From positions 17,984 through 81,983 of the IMG/VR virus record IMGVR_UViG_2667527945_000002: 64,000 bases of DNA. The stretch is one strand, 5' to 3'. How positions within the stretch are numbered: position 1 is the first letter of the stretch; each line of letters begins with the position of its first letter. Positions 49,158 through 58,652 of the stretch are shown here, piece by piece. The notes below the pieces were generated by a model that saw only the letters and a list, made by a program, of their open reading frames with translations, was not told where the DNA came from and searched no databases. The stretch is from a virus (Duplodnaviria; Caudoviricetes). The position numbers were made by a program, and so were the translations under genes.

Positions 49158-49486
49158 GTTGGGCTGATTGCGGATTTGATAGTGCCGGAAGGCCAATAGG
49201 CTATGTTCACGCTGCGGTTTGTGATCATGAAGGCTGTGAGAAGAAAATTGATAGGGGGCTTTCTTATGCTTGCGGTGGTATGCATGGGACCGATGAACAT
49301 GGGTGTGAAAAGTACTTCTGCCAAGACCACCTAAGCGAAACACTCTCTGAATATGGACGATTCTATAACGTCTGTGATTCATGCGCCAAAGAGCTTGTAG
49401 AGAGTGGTGAGTGGGAAATGGATCACAGTGAAGGCTGTTTGGTTCGTGTCCCTGTTGAGTGGACTGAAGACGAACTGTATGAGTGA
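49154..49486 (+). CDS. Cys/His-rich zinc-binding phage protein
   Basis: GRPIGY...A.CDH.GC...IDRGLSY.CGG motif. Confidence 0.6.
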   Translation: MSWADCGFDSAGRPIGYVHAAVCDHEGCEKKIDRGLSYACGGMHGTDEHGCEKYFCQDHLSETLSEYGRFYNVCDSCAKELVESGEWEMDHSEGCLVRVPVEWTEDELYE

Positions 49487-49489
49487 ACT

Positions 49490-49939
49490 ATGAATTATGG
49501 TCAATGTGTCCATTGTGGCACTGATGTGTATCAAAGTGATGAGCGCGTCAACTTGTCAATTGGTGTTTCGCATTTTACATGTGATCAGGAATATAAGCTT
49601 TCTTGTGATCTTGAAATGAAAGAAATGATGGAGCAAGAGAAAGTTCAGGCTAAGCGTGAAAATAAGCTTCTTGCACGTCTCAAGCGCACTTTAAAGCCGA
49701 AAATCTACAGTTTTATTGAGAACCAGTTTGAAGAGCACAGGGTGAACAGTATTGACGTTGTTGGCTTTGATAAAATATCCGGCAATAGAGAGCGAGCAAG
49801 GGATTGGTACGGTGAGAGTGTTGCGGTTCGTTATATCTACGATGACACGAGTACTGATTATTGGGGTGACGGTTACGGTGGTTTTATTTGGATTCCCATT
49901 GGTAAGGCTCGTTATCTTCAAATGCATATATGGGGTTAG
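49490..49939 (+). CDS. hypothetical protein
   Basis: 149-aa ORF, last of the operon. Confidence 0.55.
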   Translation: MNYGQCVHCGTDVYQSDERVNLSIGVSHFTCDQEYKLSCDLEMKEMMEQEKVQAKRENKLLARLKRTLKPKIYSFIENQFEEHRVNSIDVVGFDKISGNRERARDWYGESVAVRYIYDDTSTDYWGDGYGGFIWIPIGKARYLQMHIWG

Positions 49940-49976
49940 GTGACTATGTTACGTTAAATCGCGCCCATACGATTAA

Positions 49977-50002
49977 AGACCAGCCTTAGCGCTGGTTTTT
50001 TT
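49977..50002 (+). terminator. intrinsic terminator
   Basis: AGACCAGC-loop-GCTGGTTTTTTT. Confidence 0.75.
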
Positions 50003-50248
50003 GTGTCTGAATTTCACAGAAAAGCCGGATAAAAAGTGAGACTGGCGCGTAATCTCTGGTTTGCCTCTTGTTTTCTCAATCCCTTGTTATACGTGGCCTC
50101 ACAGTGCCTAAGTGAATCTATTGCATAGGAGGATTCACGGTATAGGTCGCCACACCTCGATAAAAGTGTGTTGATGCGATAAATCCCCCTTCGAAACACA
50201 CTACAGGCTCAGCTAACGCTGTCTTTTTGTTAATAAATCGGAGGGCTT

Positions 50249-50497
50249 ATGCCTGAATCAATCAATCTAACCGCGATGGGTTTCACAGCTCTGACCGGTG
50301 TCGGTATGAAGTTAGTGTTTTTGTGCCTTGCTTTGGTCGTTATGACCATGATGCGCAAGGTTATTTTTGGTGAAGACGGGGTGAAAAATGACTGGATTGC
50401 AAAAGCTAAAGAAAAGGGCGATTTCCGCTCTGTTGCTATTTACCAGTGCGTTATGTTCGGTAGTACCTGTTTCCTCCTTGGCAGCGTCCTTTCCTGA
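50249..50497 (+). CDS. putative holin (2 TM)
   Basis: 82-aa hydrophobic ORF at the head of the lysis cassette. Confidence 0.6.
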   Translation: MPESINLTAMGFTALTGVGMKLVFLCLALVVMTMMRKVIFGEDGVKNDWIAKAKEKGDFRSVAIYQCVMFGSTCFLLGSVLS

Positions 50498-50996
50498 CAA
50501 ATATGACACTCAAATCAAGAAGTCAGCAAAACGCTGGCTTCCTGCTTATGAGGCGGTCTATGGGATGGAGATTTTAAAGGCTCAACTGTATCAGGAGAGC
50601 CTTCTCGACCCGCAGGCCGTCAGTTATGTCGGGGCGGCAGGGTTAGGGCAGTTCATGCCAGCAACGTGGGCCGAAGTATCGGGCCAGCTTGGCTTTAGTG
50701 GTGTGTCAGTGCATAGCCCTGAACACAATATTGAAGCTGCTGCTTTCTACATGGCCAGTCGGCTTAATGTGTGGCAGTCCCCCCGTCCTATGTCAGACCG
50801 TTTATCGCTTGCTTGGGCTTGCTATAACGCTGGGTGTGGTTGGGTTATCAAGGCGCAGAAGCGCTGTGGTAATCCGTCACCTTACAAAGACATTATTCAG
50901 TGTCTTCCGCAAATAACAGGTAATCACTCGAAAGAGACCATTACCTATGTTGAGCGGATTTGGCGGTACTGGATGCAGATGAGGATGCTCAAATGA
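50388..50996 (+). CDS. SLT-domain lytic transglycosylase endolysin with N-terminal signal sequence
   Basis: AQLYQES, GAAGLGQFMPATW, YNAG, ET..YV motifs. Confidence 0.88.
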   Translation: MTGLQKLKKRAISALLLFTSALCSVVPVSSLAASFPDKYDTQIKKSAKRWLPAYEAVYGMEILKAQLYQESLLDPQAVSYVGAAGLGQFMPATWAEVSGQLGFSGVSVHSPEHNIEAAAFYMASRLNVWQSPRPMSDRLSLAWACYNAGCGWVIKAQKRCGNPSPYKDIIQCLPQITGNHSKETITYVERIWRYWMQMRMLK

Positions 50997-51391
50997 ACCC
51001 TGTTTTTATGGCGGGTGGTCTCATTGGAGCATTGCTACTGGGCGTCATTGGCGTCCAGTACAACACCATCGACAACCTAGAGGTTGCTATTGAAGCCAAA
51101 ACGCAAGAAAACGCTCGGCTGGTGCAAACCAATGCTCAGTTTAAGCAGGAATTGCAAGGGGCTAACGATCGTATCAGTCAGCAACAAGAAACGATTGATA
51201 AGGAACGTCGGATAGCAGCAAGCCGCGAACGCGAATTATCGCAGAGCAATAGCGAACTTAGCGACAAACTAGCTCAACTCGAAAAGGAGAGTGCCAATGA
51301 GGGGGAAGAGGCTGCATGTTTGCGTACTCGGATGCCTAACAGTGTTGTCCGGTTGCTCGGCGGTACCGCCGCAAACGGTAACGGTGATTAA
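50993..51391 (+). CDS. Rz-like i-spanin
   Basis: N-terminal TM, coiled coil, C...MP..V..L C-terminus. Confidence 0.75.
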   Translation: MNPVFMAGGLIGALLLGVIGVQYNTIDNLEVAIEAKTQENARLVQTNAQFKQELQGANDRISQQQETIDKERRIAASRERELSQSNSELSDKLAQLEKESANEGEEAACLRTRMPNSVVRLLGGTAANGNGD

Positions 51392-51587
51392 AACCGTTGT
51401 GGAAAAACAGTATCCACCACAAGAGTGGCTTAAAGACTGCCCTGATGCTCAGTTGAAGGGGGAAAGTTTTAAGGATGCAATCGCCCAGAGCGTTGAGCGT
51501 GAAGCAGCCATTAAAGCCTGCAATGTTGATAAGAAGTCTCTGCGTGAGTGGGTAGAGGATGAGGATTCACAGGATGACGGGGACTGA
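51297..51587 (+). CDS. Rz1-like o-spanin lipoprotein
   Basis: Lipobox LSGC; PP..WL.DC and CN.DK..LR.W; overlaps Rz. Confidence 0.78.
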   Translation: MRGKRLHVCVLGCLTVLSGCSAVPPQTVTVIKTVVEKQYPPQEWLKDCPDAQLKGESFKDAIAQSVEREAAIKACNVDKKSLREWVEDEDSQDDGD

Positions 51588-52005
51588 GATTAAAGACGTT
51601 GTAGTTCCGGTGATCACCGCCATTCTTGGTGCTGGTTTCTGGGGTTTTATGCGGAAGCGGCAGGAAAAGTCTCTTGATGAGGCCAAAGCAGTAACCGAAG
51701 AGAAACGGGCTGATGAGGTCATGATTCAGGGGGCGACGTCCGTTGTGGAGTTACAGCAAAAAGTGATGAATCAGCTACAGGAAGACCTTGATAGACGAGT
51801 TAAGTCCATTGAGGACCTGTATTCAAAACAATTGGAAAGTGAACGCAGAGAATGGGAACGAGAGCGCCGTAACTTGGAAAGCCAAGTTTCTGAAATGTCT
51901 CAGCGATTAGGGAAATTGGAGAACATAAACAAGAGGTTACTGCGAGAAAACGAGTTATTAGTAAAGTGCGATCACTGTATTGCTGAAGCAGCGGCAGTGC
52001 AGTAG
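51574..52005 (+). CDS. single-TM coiled-coil protein (lysis-associated)
   Basis: N-terminal TM then a long coiled coil. Confidence 0.55.
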   Translation: MTGTEIKDVVVPVITAILGAGFWGFMRKRQEKSLDEAKAVTEEKRADEVMIQGATSVVELQQKVMNQLQEDLDRRVKSIEDLYSKQLESERREWERERRNLESQVSEMSQRLGKLENINKRLLRENELLVKCDHCIAEAAAVQ

Positions 52006-52017
52006 TAGAGGTTAGCT

Positions 52018-53184
52018 ATGGCTAGAAAATCCACCTACGATTGGTCGAGTCTACTGGCGCTGTTGTTTCAGCGCCAGAAGGATGATCCTAAGTATAAAAA
52101 CAAAGACTTTGCACAGGACGAAGGGGTGCCGCTTGGCTCGCTTACCCGTGCGCTTACCCAGTACCGAAAAGGTAAGATTGATGTATCGAATAATGCCCCT
52201 ATTGACCATGAAAGTGATCGAAAAAACGATCTTAATAATGATCGTTTAAGTGATCGTAAAGCCAATAAAAACGCATCAAAAAAAGGTAGTAAAGCCAATA
52301 ACAAACAACAACTTAAAGGTAATAGCGATCACTCTGACGGGGAGCGCGCGCGCAATAGTGATCGATCGTTTACGCAGTCTGGTGCAAAACGAAATAGAGG
52401 TGGTCAGGCTGGAAATGCCAATGCGAGAAAGCACGGGCTTTACTCACAGCACTTAACTGGTGAAATCGCTGAAGCTTATGAGGCTGCGTTTTCTGCTGCA
52501 GGTGGTATTGATCATGAACTGGCTTTAGCGCGAGCCAAGTTAGCTGAAGCTTTCCGATTGAAAGGAGAGCAAGAGTATATTGAAAGGCGTATCGCTGAAG
52601 AGCAGGCCAGAAAAGCTGAAGAGGTTGTAACTGCCCCACCGCCAAGTGGTGATCCTGATGATGATGGTGTGCCTAATTTCCAGAAGCCGGACTATTTTAA
52701 TCATGCAGCAATGCGAGCAGAAGCCTTTGAGGACAATATAGGTCCGTTGGGTACCACGATTAAGATGAAGCGCGTTGACTGGGATGCGGTTATAGATCGT
52801 TGGATGGGGCGCGTTGCTAACTTGGAATCATTGCGTCAGAAGCTTCTGCAGGGAAGCACACTGACATACAGCGAGCAGCTGGCTATTAAGACGACTGTGT
52901 TTAATCAGTTGGCAAATGAAGAGATAGATGCTTTAACCGCTGGACACATGTTAAGTGCGAATGGTCTAGATATTCCGCCTAACCTACTTGCTCAGATCCG
53001 CTTTGAGCTTGGTGAAGGTGAAGACGATGATTCAGAGTTGCCTACAGGTGCTGTTACGCCTCAGTTGGTAGAAGAGCGTGAGAAGCAGCTGCAGCTTGGC
53101 AATCAGCAAAGCTCTGAAGAGTTCTTATCGTCGCGTATGGCTGAGTTGGATGCGTTAAACGCAGAGGACCAGCATGGCAGCTAG
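52018..53184 (+). CDS. pacA: terminase small subunit PacA-like
   Basis: GGQAGNANARKHGLYS motif, embedded pac site, overlaps pacB. Confidence 0.85.
   Translation: MARKSTYDWSSLLALLFQRQKDDPKYKNKDFAQDEGVPLGSLTRALTQYRKGKIDVSNNAPIDHESDRKNDLNNDRLSDRKANKNASKKGSKANNKQQLKGNSDHSDGERARNSDRSFTQSGAKRNRGGQAGNANARKHGLYSQHLTGEIAEAYEAAFSAAGGIDHELALARAKLAEAFRLKGEQEYIERRIAEEQARKAEEVVTAPPPSGDPDDDGVPNFQKPDYFNHAAMRAEAFEDNIGPLGTTIKMKRVDWDAVIDRWMGRVANLESLRQKLLQGSTLTYSEQLAIKTTVFNQLANEEIDALTAGHMLSANGLDIPPNLLAQIRFELGEGEDDDSELPTGAVTPQLVEEREKQLQLGNQQSSEEFLSSRMAELDALNAEDQHGS
52215..52368. other. pac site (Dam-dependent packaging initiation)
   Basis: GATC at 52216, 52228, 52240, 52252 (12-bp period) and 52327, 52360, 52364 around an A-rich spacer; same 4+3 layout inside pacA as P1 pac. 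Confidence 0.8.
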
Positions 53185-54892
53185 GAACAGAAGTCGGAAG
53201 AAGCATAAGCACGCTGCAATAACACTGGATCCTCGTTATCTAGACTTTGCAGCGAGCTATCGAAGTCGACCACTGGCTTTTATCTACGATGTTATCGGGA
53301 TGAAACCATCGTTTCAGCAAATAGAAGTCATTAACGGGCTTACACCTATCGGGGCGCGTGTGTCTGTGGCCTCTGGTCACGGTACTGGTAAGTCACACCT
53401 TACCGCTGCCCTTTGTCTGCACTTCATCATTACGCACCCAGAATCGTTATGTATGTTGACCGCGAACTCGTTAGATCAGGTGACTAACGTTGTCTTCTCG
53501 TACATCAAACGTTGTTGGGTGAAGATCTGCCAGCGTCAACCATGGTTAGAGCAGTACTTTGTTATTACGGCCAAATCTTTTTACGCAAAAGGTTACAAGG
53601 GTGTATGGCAAATCTTTGGTAAAACCTGTTCTAAGGGCAATGAAGAAGGTTTGGCTGGTCAGCACCGTAGAGACTATATGGTGGTTGTCGATGAAGCGTC
53701 AGGGGTTTCAGATCGTGCGTTTGAAGTTCTTCGTGGTGCATTGACCGAAGACAATAACAAAATGCTGCTCATTAGCCAGTTCACAAGGCCAACCGGTCAC
53801 TTTGCTGATTCTCAGTTGGAGTTAGCAGATCAAGGGCTATACACGGCAATCACTCTTAACAGTGAAGTGAGTCCGTTTGTTAACCTCAAATTCATTCGAG
53901 AGAAACGAATTGAGTATGGAGGGGTGAATAGTCCTGAGTATGGTATTCGTGTGTTGGGCGTGTGTCCTGATGATGCAAGCGGATTCTTGATCTCTCGTAG
54001 CATGGTTGATAAAGGCTTTGAGGCTGTTATTGAGTTTGCGGACGAATGGGGCTGGGTAGCTGTTGCCGATGTCGCCGGTGGTGAAGGTCGAGATAGCTCT
54101 GTGCTCAAGATTGGTAAGGTATGCGGGTTTGGTAGCGAAAGACAAGTTGATATTGTCAAAGCGATTGAAGCACCTGCAGACATGGATGGTGTTCAGTTTG
54201 CTCGCTTTATCCATCAAGAAACGTCCGGCTACACCAATATTACTGTCGGTATAGATGCGGACGGGTACGGTTTAACAACCGCGCAAGAGTGTGAAAAGTT
54301 GGGTGTAAACGTCACACGTATTCACTGGGGCCGACCTCCACACTCTAATTCTGTTAAGCGTCGTTTCCCGAAAGAGAAAGACTTTGCATGTGTCATGGTC
54401 AAAGAGGCGCTTGATACTGGGCGTCTGAGCTTGCATAAAGGTGAGACGAAACAGTTTGAGAAGAAGCTACAGAAGCAGTTCGTTAAGATCCCATATGAAT
54501 TTGACGAGTTAGGCCGCTGGCGTTTGCTTTCGAAGAAGCAGTTGCGTAGTGAAGGTATCAAGTCTCCTGATATTTTTGATGCAACAGCGTTCTTCTGGTT
54601 GGTTGATTATATTCCTGCCGGCGAAGAAAGCGACGGTCAGTCTGATAATGCCATTACTAAAGCTATGGCATTGCTGGGTGAAGAGGATGCAAGCGCTGCA
54701 GAACAGGCTATCGCTGCAATAGAAGGTGGTCGTGTAGTCGAGTGTTATGCAGAGGATTACCCAGAAGTCAGGGAAGCTATTCAGTTGGCTTGTGGTGAAT
54801 GGATAGAGGATGGACTGGAAGAGTACGCACAGATAGGGCTTATGGAAATAGACCGATTGGATGAGTTCTTTAAGTTTTATCAGCGAGCATAA
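53174..54892 (+). CDS. pacB: terminase large subunit PacB-like
   Basis: SGHGTGKS Walker A, VVVDEASG Walker B, DVAGGEGRDSS, KSPD..D nuclease motifs. Confidence 0.93.
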   Translation: MAARNRSRKKHKHAAITLDPRYLDFAASYRSRPLAFIYDVIGMKPSFQQIEVINGLTPIGARVSVASGHGTGKSHLTAALCLHFIITHPESLCMLTANSLDQVTNVVFSYIKRCWVKICQRQPWLEQYFVITAKSFYAKGYKGVWQIFGKTCSKGNEEGLAGQHRRDYMVVVDEASGVSDRAFEVLRGALTEDNNKMLLISQFTRPTGHFADSQLELADQGLYTAITLNSEVSPFVNLKFIREKRIEYGGVNSPEYGIRVLGVCPDDASGFLISRSMVDKGFEAVIEFADEWGWVAVADVAGGEGRDSSVLKIGKVCGFGSERQVDIVKAIEAPADMDGVQFARFIHQETSGYTNITVGIDADGYGLTTAQECEKLGVNVTRIHWGRPPHSNSVKRRFPKEKDFACVMVKEALDTGRLSLHKGETKQFEKKLQKQFVKIPYEFDELGRWRLLSKKQLRSEGIKSPDIFDATAFFWLVDYIPAGEESDGQSDNAITKAMALLGEEDASAAEQAIAAIEGGRVVECYAEDYPEVREAIQLACGEWIEDGLEEYAQIGLMEIDRLDEFFKFYQRA

Positions 54893-54950
54893 ACGGTTAT
54901 CCCCAAAATAAGGGGATAACCCTGTGTAAAAAATACTCACACTATATACA

Positions 54951-54967
54951 TAGGAACAATGGTCCTA
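54951..54967. promoter_or_regulatory. KorC-type operator
   Basis: TAGGAACAATGGTCCTA. Confidence 0.55.
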
Positions 54968-55110
54968 ACTGGCTAAATTACGGGCAATGGCTGCGCCATT
55001 TTTGGTCTAGCAAGGCGGCGAGGATAACAAGAAAATGTTGTAGAGCCAGCGCATTAGCGTCCGTACTATCGTTGGTGAAAGGTTATCCTTCTTTCAACTC
55101 GGTGTAAGAC

Positions 55111-55143
55111 AAAGCCCGCTCCTATGAGTGGGCTTTCTTGTTT
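55111..55143 (+). terminator. intrinsic terminator
   Basis: AAAGCCCGCTC-CTAT-GAGTGGGCTTTCTTGTTT. Confidence 0.75.
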
Positions 55144-55185
55144 CTAACATTTTTTTGTTGTGGTTGGTTAAATGGCTGTCGAACT

Positions 55186-55375
55186 AAGATGGTCGGGCAT
55201 TGTTTGCAATGGCGTAGCTTCCCTTAGCTACAAATCGGGGTTCGGTAAGCGGTGATTAGCCACACTGGCTGTCGACCCCAAGCCCATGCCAAGAGCGAAC
55301 TTGCTATCCCAATGTATAGATTGCACTACCAGTAGGGTATTAGGGTGGCCTCGCAAGGATGCGGGGCATTTTTTA
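55186..55375 (+). ncRNA. candidate structured non-coding RNA
   Basis: ORF-free stretch with nested stems containing G-U pairs, ending in a CCTCGCA/TGCGGGG-T6 terminator. Confidence 0.35.
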
Positions 55376-55431
55376 TGCAGTTTGTTCTTTTTGTGGAATC
55401 AATTAATCAATTAATCAATCAGGAGCTTCAC

Positions 55432-55668
55432 ATGTTCACGTTAAAATTCTTTATGGGTGATACACACCACGTATTATCAGCCTCGCATTACGGAGTCTCT
55501 AGCCTAAAAGAGCATGTAGAGATAACGATATATCCTACCATGACAACACAGAACGGTATCACATACCGAGTAGGAACTTCGCTTGAGTACCCTCACTTCG
55601 ATACGTGCTATATAGAAAATAGTGCAGGAAAGACTATCGATCGCTATGGCGTGGGTTGTTCTGGGTGA
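55432..55668 (+). CDS. hypothetical phage protein
   Basis: AGGAG RBS; MFTLKF...YIENSAGKTIDRY. Confidence 0.6.
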   Translation: MFTLKFFMGDTHHVLSASHYGVSSLKEHVEITIYPTMTTQNGITYRVGTSLEYPHFDTCYIENSAGKTIDRYGVGCSG

Positions 55669-55859
55669 AGTTTAGATGTTTGTAACCGGTAGTAAGGCCC
55701 GCCACTGTGCGGGCTTTTTTAATCTCCCTAATTGCTAAAAGCACGTTTTAGCAATTAGAAAACCCCTGTCACTACTCACATTTCTCTGTTCTACCCTTGA
55801 CTGATTTACATAATCTTATTATATTCTCGTTATAGCAATTAGAAACGAGGTGAAATCCA

Positions 55860-56135
55860 ATGGCTAGATTGACTGTAAATTTGATTCTAAAAACCATTAG
55901 TGAAAAGCATGACATCAAAAGAGAGTACCTTGAAATGTTAAGGTCCTCTGAAGGCTATTACTTCTCTGGCAAATTCCCTTGCCTTCTTTCAGCTGAACTT
56001 TGTACTCATATCGAAAAACTAAGTGATTGGGACTTGGAACGATGGGTTGAGCATTTCGACGGTATGGTTAAAGGAGAGGGTTTTAGCTCAACTGACTATA
56101 ACGCCATGGTCGAGTCGATAGATTGGAGCCTTTAG
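55860..56135 (+). CDS. hypothetical protein
   Basis: GAGGTG RBS; follows a TTGACT-N17-TATTCT-like promoter. Confidence 0.6.
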   Translation: MARLTVNLILKTISEKHDIKREYLEMLRSSEGYYFSGKFPCLLSAELCTHIEKLSDWDLERWVEHFDGMVKGEGFSSTDYNAMVESIDWSL

Positions 56136-56208
56136 TGGGGTTATTTACACAATGTTCATTCTTTAGGTAGTGAGCATTAGTAAGTAACCCCGACCAAAGG
56201 AAAACATC

Positions 56209-56759
56209 ATGGAAATTGAACAAAGCACAGCGATTAAGTTACGCATCACTGAGATTGAATCTCTCGACCCTATCACCGTATTTTGGAAGACCATGACGCG
56301 GGGAAAGGCAAGATCATTATTGAATGCTATGGCAAATCATGGTCTGCGTACTGGGGTGGCATGGGTAGTAAGCTTGCGGACTTCTTTGTTTCTTGTAATC
56401 ACGAGTACCTAATAAACAACCTCGCCCCTCAGATGGATAAATACGAGCCGGATTTCGACACTTTCAAAGATGAAATGCGCCAAAAGATATGTGAAATGAG
56501 AACAGATTCTTATATCAGTAAAGACTTGGCGAGAGAGTTGTATGATGTAGAGGATTGGAGTCAGTACGTTACTGCGAATCCTTACGGGCCATTGAAAAAC
56601 CCTTGTTTCATTTGCAGTGAAGAGTTTAAAGAGCTGGATTTCGATGTGTTTGATGTCCCTGAGCGAATCACCACTGATTACCGCTACCTGACGCGAATTG
56701 TTAAAGCTGTTCAGGGCGCCCTTGTTGAATCAGGTTTGATGAGCAAGGAGGCGGCATGA
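56209..56759 (+). CDS. conserved phage protein (split by a T-run deletion at ~56282); paralogue of 58106..58651
   Basis: Repair gives LDPITVFLED..GKG.I.I.CYG.SW.AYWGGMG. Confidence 0.65.
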
Positions 56760-57442
56760 ATCCCAAGCATTTAGATAAGATCAAGAAATGCTTTGATCTC
56801 TCCAAGTCCAGCAATCCCAATGAGGCGGCTAATGCTTTGGCGATGGCTCGTAAACTGATGCGCAAGTATGGCCTTAGTGATGAAGACATCGAGTTCATTG
56901 AAATGGGTGAGACTACTAGCAAAAGCCGTATCCAACGCAAGCCTGTTGTCTATGTGGGTGTGTTGGTTTCAGAAATAGCCAAGGCGTTTCAGGTTATTCC
57001 TATGCTTGAGACTAACTTTGAAGGCTCTTTTCCTCAGTTCATCGGACGTAAAGACGCCGCCATGATGGCTGCATATGCATTTGATGTGCTCTACCGTCAG
57101 TTGATGAATGCAAGAAAGCAGTATTTGTCGACATTAAATCCCCGTATGCGCAAACAAAACAAGACTGTTCGTGCTGACCGGTACTGCGAAGGCTGGGTGA
57201 TCTCTGTTACCGAAAACCTGAAGGCAGAGAAATTGCCCGAAGAGGAAGAGACCCGCATTAAGTCATTCATGAAGCATCAAAGCCAAGGCGGGGAAGAACC
57301 GGAGCAGGCGAAGAGTATGCGCCGTAAAGGTGGCAGTCGTGACGATTATCACTCTGGTGTGTTGGATGGAAGCAATGTTCAGGTGAATACACCAGTACAT
57401 GGCACCGAGCAAGCCAAATTGTCCCATAGTGTAGCGCCATAA
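56756..57442 (+). CDS. DUF2786-domain protein
   Basis: LDKIKKC..LS.S.NPNEAA.AL..A.KLM.KY. Confidence 0.8.
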   Translation: MNPKHLDKIKKCFDLSKSSNPNEAANALAMARKLMRKYGLSDEDIEFIEMGETTSKSRIQRKPVVYVGVLVSEIAKAFQVIPMLETNFEGSFPQFIGRKDAAMMAAYAFDVLYRQLMNARKQYLSTLNPRMRKQNKTVRADRYCEGWVISVTENLKAEKLPEEEETRIKSFMKHQSQGGEEPEQAKSMRRKGGSRDDYHSGVLDGSNVQVNTPVHGTEQAKLSHSVAP

Positions 57443-57503
57443 AGGCGGAAAGATGATCAAGTGCGGTGAGTTTCGATTTACTGCACCACCAGAGAGAAAG
57501 AAT

Positions 57504-58094
57504 ATGAAACAAGTCGACCCAATCAAAGATCTGGATGACGTTCGAGCCATCTATAACCGCCTTAAAAAGTGGGGGAATCACAGAGAGTCTGAGCTGGTTA
57601 TGCTTGGCTGTAATGTGGCATTGCGTATCAGTGACCTGCTAAAGCTGAAGTTTGAAGACATCAAAACTATGCAGTTGGAAGGTGAAGATATTGGTTACGT
57701 GGAGCTGGAAGAGAAAAAGACCGGCAAACCAAAGCGTCTAACCCTGAATCGCACAGCCATACAGTGTGTAGAACGCCTAAAAGCGCATAACCCAGAGGCT
57801 ATTTATCTGTTTCAAGCAACAGGAAACCGTGTAAAGGGCGATCCTAAGCCTGTTAGTCGTCAGTGGGTGTCCACTAAGTTGATTGATGTGAAAGAGAGCT
57901 TAGGGCTTGATTACAGTTTGAATACTCACTCACTGCGTAAGACATTCGGTTATCACGCTTACAAGCGCGGCACTGACATTAACGTATTGCAAAAGTTATT
58001 CAATCACTCCAGCGTCACGGAGACGTTTAAATACATCGGTATCACGGATGAGCGCGTACGTGATGTTTACCTGAGCATTGAGATCGGACTGTAA
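57504..58094 (+). CDS. small tyrosine recombinase (catalytic domain only)
   Basis: V.PIK, LRISDLL, EKKTGK, HSLRKTFGY, FNHSS, YIG. Confidence 0.9.
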   Translation: MKQVDPIKDLDDVRAIYNRLKKWGNHRESELVMLGCNVALRISDLLKLKFEDIKTMQLEGEDIGYVELEEKKTGKPKRLTLNRTAIQCVERLKAHNPEAIYLFQATGNRVKGDPKPVSRQWVSTKLIDVKESLGLDYSLNTHSLRKTFGYHAYKRGTDINVLQKLFNHSSVTETFKYIGITDERVRDVYLSIEIGL

Positions 58095-58105
58095 GGATAA
58101 AAGTC

Positions 58106-58651
58106 ATGACAAAAGTAATCAAAACGCAATCTGAGCTATATCAAGTCCGTCACGATACCTGCGAAGGGTGGGGTGACATCTTCTTAATCTGTGGGAAAGA
58201 GTCTGTTAGGGTTGCAATCAACTCTGATTATGGCACGTATTCTCATAACTGGACCCATTGCGGCGGAGATCCAAAGGAGTTCTTAACTCAAATGGATTTT
58301 GACTACTGCATGAAGAAGCTCACCAACTATAAGCATTACATTGCGGATCCTGAGCAATACCCCACTGAAGTGAAAAAATGCATCCTAGAGTCTCGTCAGG
58401 CGGAGCGCTTGACCAAAGACGACGCGAGGGAAGCATGGGAAGATATGTTATGTACTGAGCACAATGAAGGCGACCTTTACTACAAAGAACTTGTTGACCA
58501 TCCATTGTTTAATAATGTATTTGGTGACTATGAATACCTCCCTTCAGCAAAGAAAGTAGATCCTTGTTGTCAGGATTTCTGGGATAAAGTCTGGGTTCCA
58601 TTTGTTGGCCAGTTGAAAGAAGAGTTATCAGAATCAAGCGAGGCTGCATGA
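58106..58651 (+). CDS. conserved phage protein, paralogue of 56209..56759
   Basis: SDYGTYS..W...G.....FL......Y...KL pattern. Confidence 0.6.
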   Translation: MTKVIKTQSELYQVRHDTCEGWGDIFLICGKESVRVAINSDYGTYSHNWTHCGGDPKEFLTQMDFDYCMKKLTNYKHYIADPEQYPTEVKKCILESRQAERLTKDDAREAWEDMLCTEHNEGDLYYKELVDHPLFNNVFGDYEYLPSAKKVDPCCQDFWDKVWVPFVGQLKEELSESSEAA

Positions 58652-58652
58652 T

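Noticed and set aside
54975-55375. tRNA genes
   Set aside because: No T-loop GTTCRA in cloverleaf context or acceptor stem could be built; kept only as an ncRNA candidate
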